Shown here: piece after piece, positions 25,905 through 35,992 of the stretch
How positions within the stretch are numbered: position 1 is the stretch's first letter
Layout: every line of letters begins with the position of its first letter
DNA from: an uncultured Acidobacteriota bacterium
Lineage (GTDB): Bacteria > Acidobacteriota > Vicinamibacteria > Vicinamibacterales > UBA2999
NCBI GenBank assembly: GCA_963846425.1
Contig: CAWJVW010000005.1
Span: forward strand, 2,843,732-2,907,731
Reading direction: 5' to 3'
DNA length: 64,000 bases
The notes under the pieces: generated by a model
What the model saw: only the letters and a program-made list of their open reading frames with translations
Told to the model about the DNA's origin: nothing
Databases searched by the model: none
Made by a program: the position numbers and the translations under genes

Positions 25905-26258
25905 TTATTTCGGATTCACGACGAGTGCGCCCTTCATGTCGCGGCACTGCGGATCGCTGGTCAGATTGCAGTAGAACGTGAACGTCCCCGCCTGATCGGC
26001 ACGAAACTCGAAGACGATCGTCTGGCCCCCTCCGACCCGCTTCAAGATGCGATACGCATCGATGCCGAAGCTATAAGGCCGATCTTCGCTGGTCAGCGAG
26101 ATGCGCACGAGGTCGTCCTGCACGACCTCAATGCGATTGGGCTTGAAAGTGTGCTCGCGGGCGGTGAGCACGACCTCGCGTCGATTGGGCGTTTGATCCT
26201 GGGCGGTGACCGCTATCACCGTGAACACAACCAGCAGCAATGCCCGGAATAGTGCCAT
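25905..26258 (-). CDS. Small secreted cupredoxin-like protein
   Basis: Signal peptide. Beta-sandwich-like pattern ending GTFTFYCNLTSDPQCRDMKGALVV, which resembles a cupredoxin C-terminal ligand loop. The canonical His ligands are not evident. Confidence 0.55.
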   Translation of the reverse strand: MALFRALLLVVFTVIAVTAQDQTPNRREVVLTAREHTFKPNRIEVVQDDLVRISLTSEDRPYSFGIDAYRILKRVGGGQTIVFEFRADQAGTFTFYCNLTSDPQCRDMKGALVVNPK

Positions 26259-26271
26259 GTCGTCTCGAGCA

Positions 26272-26291
26272 GGCGGGCCCGAGGGCCCGCC
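26272..26291 (-). terminator. GC-rich stem-loop just after the pnp stop
   Basis: GGCGGGCCC-ga-GGGCCCGCC with no clear T-tract. May be a processing/stability hairpin rather than a terminator. Confidence 0.4.
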
Positions 26292-26298
26292 TCATCTC

Positions 26299-28536
26299 TT
26301 ACTCGCGATCGCGACGGGGACCGCGGCCGCGGCCGCCGCGGTGACCGCTGTCGCGGCCTCCCTCTCGACGGCCCTGACCTTCGCGAGGAGCGCCGGCGGC
26401 GGCGCCGGCTTCTTCGCGAGGCTCGCTACTTCCCGGCGGTGGCGCTGTGCCCTCATCGGGCGATAAGAGCGCCTTTCGGGATAGCCGGATCTTGCCGGTG
26501 GGATCGATGTTGATGACCTTTACCAGGACCTGCTGGCCTTCTTTCAGCTCGTCGCGCACGTCCTTGACGCGATAGTTCGCAATTTCTGACACGTGCAGCA
26601 GACCGTCGGTGCCTTGCATGATTTCGACGAACGCGCCGAAATCGGTGATGCGCTGGACTTTGCCCAGGTAGGTTTTGTTGAGCTCTGGTGTCGCCGTGAG
26701 CTCCTGAATGATATCCAGGGCTCTTTTCGCCGCGGCCTCGTCCGACGAGGCGACGTTCACGCGGCCATCGTCTTCGACGTCTATCTTGACACCCGTTTTC
26801 TCGATGATGCTGCGAATCATCTTGCCGCCTGGCCCGATGACGTCGCGAATCTTGTCCACGGGGATCTTGATGGTAACGATGCGTGGTGCGTACGCCGAGA
26901 TGTTGGTGCGTGAGGACGGCAGCGATTCCATCATCCTGTCGAGGATGAACAATCGGCCCTGCCGTGCCTGTGTGAGTGCCGTGCGCATGATTTCGGACGA
27001 AATGCCCGACACCTTGATGTCCATCTGCAAGGCGGTGATGCCGTCCGCCGTGCCGGCCACCTTGAAATCCATGTCGCCGTAATGGTCCTCGGCACCAGCG
27101 ATGTCGCTGAGAACCGCATACTTCCCGGTTTTCTCATCGAGGATGAGGCCCATCGCCACACCGGCGACCGGCTTCTTGATCGGCACGCCCGCATCCATCA
27201 TTGCCAGTGCGCCACCGCACACCGACGCCATCGACGAACTGCCGTTCGACTCCAGAATGTCGGACACGATGCGAACGGTGTACGGAAATTCCTCTTCGCT
27301 CGGCATCATCGCCGCGAGCGAACGTTCGGCGAGCGCGCCGTGTCCAATCTCGCGGCGGCCGGGACCACGCAGGAACTGGACTTCACCGACCGAGAAAGGC
27401 GGGAAGTTGTAATGGAGCATGAAGCGCTTCCAGGTCTCGCCATCCACCGTCTCGATTTTTTGCTGGTCGTCGGCCGTGCCGAGCGTTGCCGTCACGAGCG
27501 CCTGGGTCTCGCCCCGCGTGAACACCGCGGATCCATGGACACGCGGCAGCACGCTCGTCTCGATCCAGATGGGGCGGATTTCATCGAACTTGCGGCCATC
27601 GAGCCGCACGCCGCGGTCGAGAACCTCGTCGCGCATCACCTTTTCCTGCAGCGACTTGAAGATGCCCTTGATTTCGCCTTTGCGCTCGACCTGATCCTCA
27701 GGCATCGACGCGATCAGCTCTTTGAGCACTTCGTCAACACTGCCGTAATTTTCCAGCTTGTCCCTGATGCGCATGGCATTGGTCAGCGGTTCGAGGACTT
27801 TGTTCTCGATGCCACGCTGGAATTCGGAGTCGGCGGTCTGCTCTGGGTTCGGCAGCTTCTTACGGCCGGCTTCTTGGGCGAGTATGTCGATAGTGTCGCA
27901 AATCTGACGGATGGCGGCGTGGCCGGCCTCGAGGGCCTGCACAGCCTCTTCCTCGGTGACTTCGTCGGCACCGGCTTCGACCATTACGATGCTGTCCTTG
28001 CTGCCCGCGACGACGAGATCGAGACGGCTCTGCTTGCGCTGAGCAAACGTCGGATTGATCACGTACTGACCGTCGATGAGTCCAACCCGTACCCCGGCAA
28101 TAGTCTTTTCGAAGGGCATCTCCGACAGCGCCAGCGCCGCTGAGGCGCCGCTGATTGCCAGCACATCGCCATCGTTCTCGTCGTCGGCGGAAATCACGAA
28201 GGCGATAACCTGCGTCTCGAAGTGCCAGCCGACGGGGAACAGCGGTCGAATTGGGCGATCGATGCAGCGGCTGGTCAGAACTTCCTTCTCTGTCGCCTTG
28301 CCTTCGCGCTTGAAAAACCCGCCTGGGATGCGCCCGGACGCGTAGGTATATTCCCGATAGTCGACGGTCAGCGGCAGGAAGTCGATCCCCTCCCGCGCGC
28401 TGGACGCATGACAGGCCGTGACGAGCACCATGGTGTCGCCCAGGCGGACGATGACGGACCCGTCTGCCTGTTTGGCCAGTTTGCCTGTCTCGAACGACAG
28501 AGTGCTTTGGCCGATCTGAATCTCACGCTTGTGCAT
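26299..28536 (-). CDS. pnp: Polynucleotide phosphorylase (PNPase) with Arg/Gly-rich C-terminal tail
   Basis: Two RNase PH domains, KH (IRDVIGPGGKMIRSI) and S1 domain. 745 aa. GAGG RBS. Confidence 0.95.
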   Translation of the reverse strand: MHKREIQIGQSTLSFETGKLAKQADGSVIVRLGDTMVLVTACHASSAREGIDFLPLTVDYREYTYASGRIPGGFFKREGKATEKEVLTSRCIDRPIRPLFPVGWHFETQVIAFVISADDENDGDVLAISGASAALALSEMPFEKTIAGVRVGLIDGQYVINPTFAQRKQSRLDLVVAGSKDSIVMVEAGADEVTEEEAVQALEAGHAAIRQICDTIDILAQEAGRKKLPNPEQTADSEFQRGIENKVLEPLTNAMRIRDKLENYGSVDEVLKELIASMPEDQVERKGEIKGIFKSLQEKVMRDEVLDRGVRLDGRKFDEIRPIWIETSVLPRVHGSAVFTRGETQALVTATLGTADDQQKIETVDGETWKRFMLHYNFPPFSVGEVQFLRGPGRREIGHGALAERSLAAMMPSEEEFPYTVRIVSDILESNGSSSMASVCGGALAMMDAGVPIKKPVAGVAMGLILDEKTGKYAVLSDIAGAEDHYGDMDFKVAGTADGITALQMDIKVSGISSEIMRTALTQARQGRLFILDRMMESLPSSRTNISAYAPRIVTIKIPVDKIRDVIGPGGKMIRSIIEKTGVKIDVEDDGRVNVASSDEAAAKRALDIIQELTATPELNKTYLGKVQRITDFGAFVEIMQGTDGLLHVSEIANYRVKDVRDELKEGQQVLVKVINIDPTGKIRLSRKALLSPDEGTAPPPGSSEPREEAGAAAGAPREGQGRREGGRDSGHRGGRGRGPRRDRE

Positions 28537-28580
28537 AAAGCCTCGATGGGGTCACGTTCCCCGTTGCTGGTAGGACTGCT

Positions 28581-28673
28581 GAAAGGCAAAAGTCAGAAGT
28601 CGAAAGGCAAAACAAAGTGCGGCGGGAGAGCCTTGACACGTTCTGCCTTGTGCCTTGTGCCTTCTGCCTTTTG
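28581..28673. repeat. AAGGCA-type element with inverted arms in the rpsO-pnp spacer (pnp leader)
   Basis: gaaaggcaaaagtcagaagtcgaaaggcaaaac ... gttctgccttgtgccttgtgccttctgccttttg. Confidence 0.7.
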
Positions 28674-28678
28674 TTATG

Positions 28679-28948
28679 TTACTTGCGGATCCCAAGTCTC
28701 TTGATGAGCTCAGCGTAGCGGTCGGTGTCTTTGCTCTTGAGATAGTCGAGCAGGCGTCGGCGCTGTCCGACGAGTTTCAGAAGCCCGCGACGCGAGTGAT
28801 GGTCTTTCGCGTGTGACTTGAAGTGCTCGGTCAAATAGTTGATGCGTTCGCTGAGCAGCGCGACCTGAACTTCAGGGGACCCCGTGTCCTTGTCGTGTGT
28901 CCGATAGCTGCCAATGAGGGTGTCTTTCTTGTCTTTCGTCAATGCCAC
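28679..28948 (-). CDS. rpsO: 30S ribosomal protein S15
   Basis: 89 aa from GTG 28948 ([37 protein letters not shown]...), GGAGGA RBS. The track ORF to 29062 is over-extended. Confidence 0.95.
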   Translation of the reverse strand: MALTKDKKDTLIGSYRTHDKDTGSPEVQVALLSERINYLTEHFKSHAKDHHSRRGLLKLVGQRRRLLDYLKSKDTDRYAELIKRLGIRK

Positions 28949-28977
28949 GGTGTCCTCCACGCACGGCCCAGAATTTT

Positions 28978-29020
28978 CAGGTTCCAAAGTTCCAAGGTTC
29001 GAACGTTGGAACTGTTCCAG
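28978..29020. repeat. GTTCCA/TGGAAC tandem-inverted motif element in the truB-rpsO spacer
   Basis: caggttccaaagttccaaggttcgaacgttggaactgttccag. Contains the hairpin GTTCCAAgGTTCGAACgTTGGAAC. Confidence 0.6.
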
Positions 29021-29058
29021 CCCGCCGTATACGGCGATTTCAGGCTCGCCGAGAATCC

Positions 29059-29973
29059 TCAATTGTAGCTGAAAACCACGGTAGGGTGCAAAAATCCGCG
29101 CATTTTTGCGGGTTCGGCCAGTCCGACGATTCGCTCGTCAGGGCCAATCATTCGCACCATCGGGGGGATTATCGGGAGCGGCGTCCGCAGCTCGTGAGGC
29201 CCGAGATCGCGCCCGTGCAGCGCCCACCTGACGCCTTCATGTGTGAGCCGCGCGACGGGGATCTCGGTCAAGAGAGCCTCGATGGGTTGGACCTGTGACC
29301 TGAGTTCGGCACGAGGGGCCGTAACCAGAGTTTCGAATGGGATCGCGTCTGCGAGCGTGAATCCCGCCGCGACTGTTCGAACGAGGCCGTCGAGGATGGC
29401 GCCCACGCCGAGTGCCGCACCGAGATCGTGCGCGAGCGATCGGACATAAAACCCCGCGGAGCAACGCAGCCGGATCCTGGCGCGTGCGCCGTCGAGCGAG
29501 GCGAGCTCGAGCGCATGAACGGTCACCTGAACGGGTTGTGGTTGGATAGGCTTGCCGGAACGGGCGCGGACGTAGGATCGCTCGCCGCCGACCATTTTTG
29601 CCGAGTAAAGCGGCGGTGTCTGATCGAACGTGCCGACGAAACGCCCCAGTGCGCTTGCCAGCTGCGCCTTCGACGGGACCCGGTCGGTTGCCTCCAGCAC
29701 CTCCCCTGCGGCGTCGTGCGTATCAGTGACCACGCCAAAGCGAATGGTGGCTTCGTACTCCTTGTCCGAACCCGTCAAGTGCTGTGCGAGGCGTGTGGCC
29801 TGGCCGAGCACGAGCGGCAGGACGCCGGATGCCTGGGGATCGAGCGTGCCGGTATGACCGATACGACTGACGCCGAGCGACCGTCGTGCACAGATGACGA
29901 CGTCGTGGGACGTCGGTCCGACCGGTTTGTGAACGACGAGAACGCCGTCGATCTTATGCTTGGTTTCGGCCAC
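29059..29973 (-). CDS. truB: tRNA pseudouridine(55) synthase
   Basis: [17 protein letters not shown] and [15 protein letters not shown] motifs. Start GTG 29973 (GAGGG RBS) preferred; ATG 30006 is the alternative. Confidence 0.9.
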   Translation of the reverse strand: MAETKHKIDGVLVVHKPVGPTSHDVVICARRSLGVSRIGHTGTLDPQASGVLPLVLGQATRLAQHLTGSDKEYEATIRFGVVTDTHDAAGEVLEATDRVPSKAQLASALGRFVGTFDQTPPLYSAKMVGGERSYVRARSGKPIQPQPVQVTVHALELASLDGARARIRLRCSAGFYVRSLAHDLGAALGVGAILDGLVRTVAAGFTLADAIPFETLVTAPRAELRSQVQPIEALLTEIPVARLTHEGVRWALHGRDLGPHELRTPLPIIPPMVRMIGPDERIVGLAEPAKMRGFLHPTVVFSYN

Positions 29974-30002
29974 GCTACGAGAGCCCTCAAAGTGCGGACG
30001 CT

Positions 30003-30063
30003 GCACGGAAGCACAGAAGCACTGAACAGTTGATCAAGCTTCCGTGTTTCCGCGCTTCTGCGC
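30003..30063. repeat. GAAGC-type element (CACGGAAGC..CAGAAGCAC / GCTTCCGTG..GCTTCTG), overlaps the last codons of nrnA
   Basis: gcacggaagcacagaagcactgaac...gcttccgtgtttccgcgcttctgcgc. 9-bp complementarity CACGGAAGC/GCTTCCGTG. Confidence 0.65.
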
Positions 30064-31017
30064 GACGTCCGTCGCGACGACGAGCAGGTCAAGGAAGGTT
30101 TGCTGGAGCAATGCGAGCTCGCCACTCGCCGAACACCCGGCTGCGTTCCTGTGGCCGCCGCCTCCATACGACCGTGCGATCGCGCCGACGTCAACCACGT
30201 CCTTCGACCGCATGCTGACGCGCCACTCACCCGGCCCTGCTTCCTTCAGGAACGCGACGGCCTGAATGTCTTTGACGCTCAGCGGAAAGTTGATGATGCC
30301 ATCGGTATCGTCAAAGCTGCCGCCGGCGGCGGCGGCGGCCTCTTGGGTAAGGGTGAGAAGGGCTACACGTCCCGAATGATCGAGCTGCATGGCGTTCAAG
30401 ACGGACCCGAAAAGCTTGACGCGCGCCAGCGTGCTGCTGTCGTAATGAGTCCGCGCAATCCACTGTGGATCGGCGCCGGCTTCGACACATCGCCGCGCGA
30501 TCTCGAAGCTCCGCGGCGTGATGTGCGAGAAATGGAACGATCCCGTGTCGGTCAGCAGAGCCAGATAGACGTGCGTCGCAATCTCTGGAGTGAGCGGCGC
30601 CCCAAGGCCCTCGACGAGCGTGTAGACCATCTCACCGCAGGCTGCTGCCGATTCGTCGACCCAGTTGATGGCGCCGTAGCCCGTGTTGCCGACGTGATGA
30701 TCGATATTGAAAACGGGTGATCGGTCGAGCCCGGCGATGCCGGTGCGATCGAGCGCGCTGCATTCCATGACCAGCGCGCCATCATATGAGTCGGCAATCT
30801 CGCGCGTGATCTGAATCTCGCTGACGTGAGGGAAGGGTTGCAGAAAGTACGGCGGGAGGGCATCCATGACAACGTCAGCCGTTTTGCCCATTGCGCGGAG
30901 GGCAAGGGTCATCCCGACCGCGGAGCCAATGGCGTCGCCGTCAGGCCGCTGATGCGAGGAGACCACAAAGCGATTGCCGGCGCGGAGGCGCGTGAGCAGA
31001 CGATCGAATTCAGACAC
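30034..31017 (-). CDS. DHH/DHHA1 phosphoesterase (NrnA-like oligoribonuclease/pAp phosphatase)
   Basis: HQRPDGDAIGS, NIDHHVGN and GGGH motifs. Start GTG 31017 (8-nt overlap with the rbfA stop); the Arg-rich track N-terminus to 31167 was rejected. Confidence 0.8.
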   Translation of the reverse strand: MSEFDRLLTRLRAGNRFVVSSHQRPDGDAIGSAVGMTLALRAMGKTADVVMDALPPYFLQPFPHVSEIQITREIADSYDGALVMECSALDRTGIAGLDRSPVFNIDHHVGNTGYGAINWVDESAAACGEMVYTLVEGLGAPLTPEIATHVYLALLTDTGSFHFSHITPRSFEIARRCVEAGADPQWIARTHYDSSTLARVKLFGSVLNAMQLDHSGRVALLTLTQEAAAAAGGSFDDTDGIINFPLSVKDIQAVAFLKEAGPGEWRVSMRSKDVVDVGAIARSYGGGGHRNAAGCSASGELALLQQTFLDLLVVATDVAQKRGNTEA

Positions 31018-31450
31018 GCGGCGTCTTCGGCGGCTCCGTCGCGCCGTCTTCCGGTGGGGAATCGCCCGTGACCGACGCGTCAACCTCGGCCTGCCGCGTA
31101 GCCTCCTCGGCTTTGAGCTCCTGCAGGATCTGCTCGACGCGATCTTGTGCGGCGACCGACTGATCAAACACGAATTGAACTTCGGGTGACCGGCGCAGCG
31201 TCATCCGAGTGCTCAAGAGATGCCGCACGTAGCCGGCAGCGCTCGACAGCGCCTTGATGGTCTGCTTTCGCTCGGTCACCTCGCCCATCATCGTCCAGTA
31301 GATGCGTGCGAGCGAGAGATCAGGGGTCACCTTCACGCGGGTGACGGTCACGAGGCCGATCCGGGGATCGGCCACCTCGGTGGCGAGAATCTGGCTGACC
31401 TCTTCACGGATCTGTTCGGCAACGCGCTCGGTACGATGGGAAAGAGGCAT
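31010..31450 (-). CDS. rbfA: Ribosome-binding factor A
   Basis: RTERVAEQIREEVSQIL...DPRIGLVTVTRVKVTPDLSLARIYW, typical RbfA. Acidic/Pro-rich tail. Confidence 0.9.
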   Translation of the reverse strand: MPLSHRTERVAEQIREEVSQILATEVADPRIGLVTVTRVKVTPDLSLARIYWTMMGEVTERKQTIKALSSAAGYVRHLLSTRMTLRRSPEVQFVFDQSVAAQDRVEQILQELKAEEATRQAEVDASVTGDSPPEDGATEPPKTPRV

Positions 31451-31458
31451 ATATCAGT

Positions 31459-31490
31459 GGTCAGTGGCCAGCAATCGATGGTCAGTGGCC
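31459..31490. repeat. Direct repeat GGTCAGTGGCC x2 (21-nt spacing, with internal 7-nt CAGTGGT periodicity)
   Basis: cagtGGTCAGTGGCCagcaatcgatGGTCAGTGGCC in the DUF503-rbfA spacer. Confidence 0.6.
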
Positions 31491-31521
31491 TAGGACCTGA
31501 CGTTTGTAGCCCGAGGCCTGA

Positions 31522-31803
31522 TCATGTCAGGAACTCGATCTCGATGCGACTCACGAGTCCCGGTTCGAGTCGCTCGATCTCTGCAGCAACCGACTGCAAC
31601 TCTCGATCCGCGTGATCTTGCGCCGTGCTGATGGTCACGACGCCAAGCCCGGCGCGCTGCCAGACGTCGTGGTGCTCGACCTCAGCGATGGAAATGTTGA
31701 ATTTTTTCAGGCGGTCTTTCAGCCCGCGCAGGACCATTCGCTTCTCTTTGAGCGACTGCGCGTACGGAATGTGAAGCTCTACGCTCAGGAGGCCGACGAC
31801 CAT
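31522..31803 (-). CDS. DUF503 (YlxP-like) protein
   Basis: 93 aa, MVVGLLSVELHIPYAQSLKEKRMVL... Conserved position between infB and rbfA, as in Firmicutes ylxP. Confidence 0.8.
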   Translation of the reverse strand: MVVGLLSVELHIPYAQSLKEKRMVLRGLKDRLKKFNISIAEVEHHDVWQRAGLGVVTISTAQDHADRELQSVAAEIERLEPGLVSRIEIEFLT

Positions 31804-31812
31804 GTTCTACTC

Positions 31813-31898
31813 GGTCTGGTAGGTCTGGTGGGTCTGGTAGGTCTGGTGGGAGACGGTTCCACGCCAACCTACCTGACCAACCCGACTTACCCAACCCC
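31813..31898. repeat. GGTCTGGTR x4 (9-nt period) with an imperfect inverted arm (CCAACCTAC CTGACCAAC CCGACTTAC CCAACCCC)
   Basis: ggtctggta ggtctggtg ggtctggta ggtctggtg ... ccaacctacctgaccaacccgacttacccaacccc. Fills the infB-DUF503 spacer. Confidence 0.8.
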
Positions 31899-31900
31899 TT

Positions 31901-34699
31901 TCAGACTGCTGCCGCGACCCGCTCCATCGCGAAGACTTCGATGACGTCGCCAACCTTGATGTCATTGAAGTTCTGCAGCCCGATGCCGCACTCGAACCCC
32001 GTCTTCACTTCGGCGACATCGTCCTTGAAACGGCGGAGCGACGCGAGCTTGCCTTCCCAGACGACGACGTTGTCGCGGAGGAGGCGCGCCTGGGCGTCGC
32101 CCGAGCGTGTGATGCGGCCGTCCTGCACCAGACACCCGGCAATGGTGCCGACCTTCGGGACTTTGAACGTTTCCCGCACGGCCGCGCTGCCGAGCCGCTG
32201 TTCCTTGAACGTGGGATCAAGCAGACCAGCCATGGCTTTCTTGATCTCGTCGGTCACGTTGTAGATGACCGAGTGATGGCGGATATCGACCTTCTCACGT
32301 TCCGCGACGTCGGCGGCGTTGCGATCGGGCCGGACGTTGAAGCCAATGATGATTGCGTTCGACGCGGCGGCCAGCAGGACGTCGGATTCGTTGATCGCCC
32401 CAACCGCCGAGTGGATGATTTTGATTTTCGTCTTGTCATCCGTCAGCTTCGACAGCGTCGAGGCGAGTACCTCGGCCGAGCCCTGCACGTCAGCCTTGAT
32501 GATGATCGGCAGTTCTTTCACGTCGCCTTCGGCCAGTTGCGCCTGCAACGATTCCAGGGTCAGCCGCCCGCCTTTGGCGCCCAATGCGCGTTCTTTGGCC
32601 TGGGTCTGGCGGAACGTAGCAATCTGCCGCGCCTTCGCCGCATCGCCAACCGACTGGAATGAATCGCCGGGCGACGGGAGGTTCTCGAGTCCCAGCACTT
32701 CGACGGGAGTTGACGGACCTGCGACTTTGAGCGCACGCCCGCGGTCGTCGATGAGCGCGCGCACGCGTCCGACAACAGGCCCTGCAATGATGTTGTCGCC
32801 GACCCGCAGCGAGCCGTCCTGGACGAGCACGGTGGCGACAGGGCCACGGCCGCGATCGAGCTTGGTTTCGAGCACCGTGCCGATCGCTGCCCGCTTCGGA
32901 TTGGCCTTGTGCTCGCCGATCTCCGTCACGAGAAGAATCATCTCGAGCAGCAGATCGAGACCCTGTTTCTTCTTGGCAGAGACTTCCACGAAGACGGTGG
33001 TCCCGCCCCATTCCTCGGGCACCAGATTCAGGTCCGCGAGCTGACGCTTGACCGTCTCCGGATTCGAGCCTGGCTTGTCGATCTTGTTCACTGCCACGAT
33101 GATCGGCACGTTCGCCGCCCGTGCGTGATCGATTGCCTCTTTCGTCTGCGGCATCACGCCATCATCGGCCGCCACCACAAGGACGACCACATCGGTAACC
33201 CTCGATCCGCGCGCACGCATCAAGGTAAACGCCTCGTGACCGGGCGTGTCGAGGAAGACGATGTGTTTCTCGCCCTGTTCGCCGACGGGCACCAGGTAGG
33301 CGCCAATGTGCTGGGTGATACCGCCGGCCTCGCGCTCGGCGACGCGCGTCGTGCGAATCGAATCGAGCAGTGTCGTTTTGCCGTGGTCCACGTGACCCAT
33401 CACCGTGACGACCGGTGCGCGCCCGACCTGGTCGGCCGCGTCAGCTGCCTCGGATTCAACATCCATCAGCTCTTCTTCGAAGCTGCGCGTTTGCACGTCT
33501 GCGCCAAACTGCCGCGCGACCTCGCGCGCCGTATCCATGTCGATCGTTGAATTAATGGTCATCATCATCCGACGATCAAGAAGGGACTTCAGTACGTCCT
33601 TCACACGCACGTCGAGCTTGTCCGACAGGTCCTTGACCGTCATCCCTTCGGCGAGGGTGATCGTCCGAGACACAGGCGGGAGTTCGACGGGTTGCGGCGC
33701 GGGACGGCTGGCTGGTGCTTCGCGCCGCGGCCCGGACGGGCGAGGCCCCGCCGGCCGGAACTGCTGACCTCCAGGACGGTGATACGTGCCGCCCGGACGT
33801 TGCGGCATGCCTGGTCGCTGCGGATAGGCCCCAGGGCGTGGCGGCAGATTCGTCGGCCGAACAGGCTGCGCCGGGAGGGGTCGCGGGCCGCCGATCATCG
33901 CTGGCGTTGTGCCTGCGGCAGGTCTCGCTGCGGCCGGATACGCGGGCCGCGGCGAACCCGGTGATGCCGGACGACTCTGCGCGGGTGGCGTTGGACGAGG
34001 TGCTGCTGGCGCCACTCGAGGCTGCTGCGGAACGACGGCACGTCGCGGTTGCAGTGGAGGAGCCTTCGGCGGGGCCTTGCCTGGCTCTTCGACGCGCAAG
34101 CGGATGCTCGGCGGCACGAATCGGCCCGACGCTGGCGACGGCTTTGCGGCAATCGGAGCATCCGTCTGAGCGGCAGGTTCGTCAATCGCTGGCTCTGAGC
34201 CGGAAGCAGGCTCCTCAATTGGAGGAGGCGCTGCTTCGCCCGCTGATGGCTCAGCGAAAGTCTCCAGCGAGGGAGTCGCGGCCGCGACCGCGGGCAGCGG
34301 TGCTTCGACCGGGAATTCTGCCAGCGAAGGTGCCTCAGGTTCGTCAGCCGGAGCTGGCGCGGGAGGAGTTGGCGGTCGGACTGTCTTGATCAGTCGGGGC
34401 GGCGGCAGTGCCTGGGCGGCCGGTTTGACCGGCTCCGCCGGGGCGGCGGCCTTCTTAGCGCCGGCGCCGCTCCCCTTCTTGACGGATTTTGCAGCCGCCT
34501 CTGAAAAGATGTCGCCTTTTGGCAGCTCGATGCCCCGCTGTCGCGCGAGCCGCTCCACGAATTGGCGCGCAACGATCTCCTCGAGCGTGCTGGACGCGCT
34601 CTTCAGCTCGATGCCGTGATTCTGCTTGAGCAGCTGCAGCACTTCCTGGCTGGTGGTGTTCAGCAGTTCAGCGACTTTGTAGATCCGGACTGTTGCCAA
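31901..34699 (-). CDS. infB: Translation initiation factor IF-2
   Basis: 932 aa. Pro/Ala-rich N-terminal region. GTPase motifs [18 protein letters not shown]. Confidence 0.95.
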   Translation of the reverse strand: MATVRIYKVAELLNTTSQEVLQLLKQNHGIELKSASSTLEEIVARQFVERLARQRGIELPKGDIFSEAAAKSVKKGSGAGAKKAAAPAEPVKPAAQALPPPRLIKTVRPPTPPAPAPADEPEAPSLAEFPVEAPLPAVAAATPSLETFAEPSAGEAAPPPIEEPASGSEPAIDEPAAQTDAPIAAKPSPASGRFVPPSIRLRVEEPGKAPPKAPPLQPRRAVVPQQPRVAPAAPRPTPPAQSRPASPGSPRPAYPAAARPAAGTTPAMIGGPRPLPAQPVRPTNLPPRPGAYPQRPGMPQRPGGTYHRPGGQQFRPAGPRPSGPRREAPASRPAPQPVELPPVSRTITLAEGMTVKDLSDKLDVRVKDVLKSLLDRRMMMTINSTIDMDTAREVARQFGADVQTRSFEEELMDVESEAADAADQVGRAPVVTVMGHVDHGKTTLLDSIRTTRVAEREAGGITQHIGAYLVPVGEQGEKHIVFLDTPGHEAFTLMRARGSRVTDVVVLVVAADDGVMPQTKEAIDHARAANVPIIVAVNKIDKPGSNPETVKRQLADLNLVPEEWGGTTVFVEVSAKKKQGLDLLLEMILLVTEIGEHKANPKRAAIGTVLETKLDRGRGPVATVLVQDGSLRVGDNIIAGPVVGRVRALIDDRGRALKVAGPSTPVEVLGLENLPSPGDSFQSVGDAAKARQIATFRQTQAKERALGAKGGRLTLESLQAQLAEGDVKELPIIIKADVQGSAEVLASTLSKLTDDKTKIKIIHSAVGAINESDVLLAAASNAIIIGFNVRPDRNAADVAEREKVDIRHHSVIYNVTDEIKKAMAGLLDPTFKEQRLGSAAVRETFKVPKVGTIAGCLVQDGRITRSGDAQARLLRDNVVVWEGKLASLRRFKDDVAEVKTGFECGIGLQNFNDIKVGDVIEVFAMERVAAAV

Positions 34700-34739
34700 A
34701 ATGGTTCCTTCGTGTGGACGCTTTCAAGCGTCAACTAGT

Positions 34740-35987
34740 TCAGCTCTCTCGCTGCTCGTCAAGCGACGGCTCTGACTCGCTACCTTCTTCGGTGGCAGGC
34801 TCTGTCTCGACGATGACGTCATCGGTTGTCTGCACCGAGTCTTCGGCCGTTTGTACGGTCTGGTCAGTTGTCTCCGCCGTTTCCGTTGGCTCTTCCGCCG
34901 GGATTTCGAGCGCACCAAGCTGCGCCTCGACTTCCTTGCGCTTTTCCTCTTCGCTCTTGATGTCGATCCGCCAGCCTGTCAGTTTGGCCGCGAGTCGTAC
35001 GTTCTGTCCTTTCTTACCAATGGCGAGGGACAACTGTTTGTCCTCGACCACGACCTCCATGACTTTTTCCTGATCGCTCACGATCGTGACGCGTTGTACC
35101 TTGGCCGGCGACAACGCGTTGGTGACGAACGCCACCGGGTCGTCCGACCATTCGACGATGTCGATTTTTTCACCGCGCAGCTCGCGAATGATCGCCTGAA
35201 CCCGCGTTCCTTTCATGCCGACGCATGCGCCGACAGGATCGACATCGCGCTCGCGCGAAAACACGGCAACCTTGGCGCGGTCGCCCGCCTCGCGCACTGC
35301 GCCACGAATCATGACTGTCCCGTCGTAAATCTCGGGGACCTCCTGTTCGAACAACTTGATCAACAGCGCCGGGTCCGTGCGGGACAGCACAATCTGCGGG
35401 CCTTTGGCGCTCTTGCTGACGCCCTTGATCACCGCGCGGAGCCTGTCGCCCTGCGTATAGCTTTCGGCCCGCGACTGTTCCTTGCGCGCCAGGATTGCTT
35501 CGACGCGCCCGACCTCGACAATGATGTCGCCCTGCTCGAAGCGCTTGACGATACCGTTCATGACCTCGCCGACGCGCTGGTTGTACTCGGCATAGATGAT
35601 TTCGCGCTCGGCCTCGCGCACCTTCTGGAAGATGACTTGCTTGGCCGTCTGCGCGGCGATGCGTCCGAGCACATCGGTGCGCTTGGGAAACTCGATCTGG
35701 TAGCCCACTTCAACTTCGGCATCGTCCCCGTACATGTCTTTCGCTTCGGAAATCGAAATCTCCGTCGCAGGGTTAGCCACCTCGTCAACGATGGTCTTGA
35801 CTGCAAACAACTCAATCTGCCCGTTCTCGGGGTTGAACTTGGCGCGCAGGTCCTCGGTCGACTTGTAGTATTTGCGCGAGGCAGTGAGGACGGCTTCTTC
35901 CATCGCCTGGATCACGACATCGGGTTCGATGCCCTTCTCCTTCGCGAGGGCCTCAATGGTCTGCTGCAATGGATTGCTGCTCGTCAT
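34740..35987 (-). CDS. nusA: Transcription termination/antitermination factor NusA
   Basis: N-terminal domain, S1, two KH domains ([29 protein letters not shown]). Acidic C-terminal tail without obvious AR repeats. Confidence 0.95.
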   Translation of the reverse strand: MTSSNPLQQTIEALAKEKGIEPDVVIQAMEEAVLTASRKYYKSTEDLRAKFNPENGQIELFAVKTIVDEVANPATEISISEAKDMYGDDAEVEVGYQIEFPKRTDVLGRIAAQTAKQVIFQKVREAEREIIYAEYNQRVGEVMNGIVKRFEQGDIIVEVGRVEAILARKEQSRAESYTQGDRLRAVIKGVSKSAKGPQIVLSRTDPALLIKLFEQEVPEIYDGTVMIRGAVREAGDRAKVAVFSRERDVDPVGACVGMKGTRVQAIIRELRGEKIDIVEWSDDPVAFVTNALSPAKVQRVTIVSDQEKVMEVVVEDKQLSLAIGKKGQNVRLAAKLTGWRIDIKSEEEKRKEVEAQLGALEIPAEEPTETAETTDQTVQTAEDSVQTTDDVIVETEPATEEGSESEPSLDEQRES

Positions 35988-35992
35988 GTCTT

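Noticed and set aside
31612-31944. ORF encoding LGLVGLVGLVGLVG, and the GTLGT-repeat N-terminus of ORF 23651-24901
   Set aside because: Both are simply translations of the 9-nt intergenic tandem repeats. No coding support.
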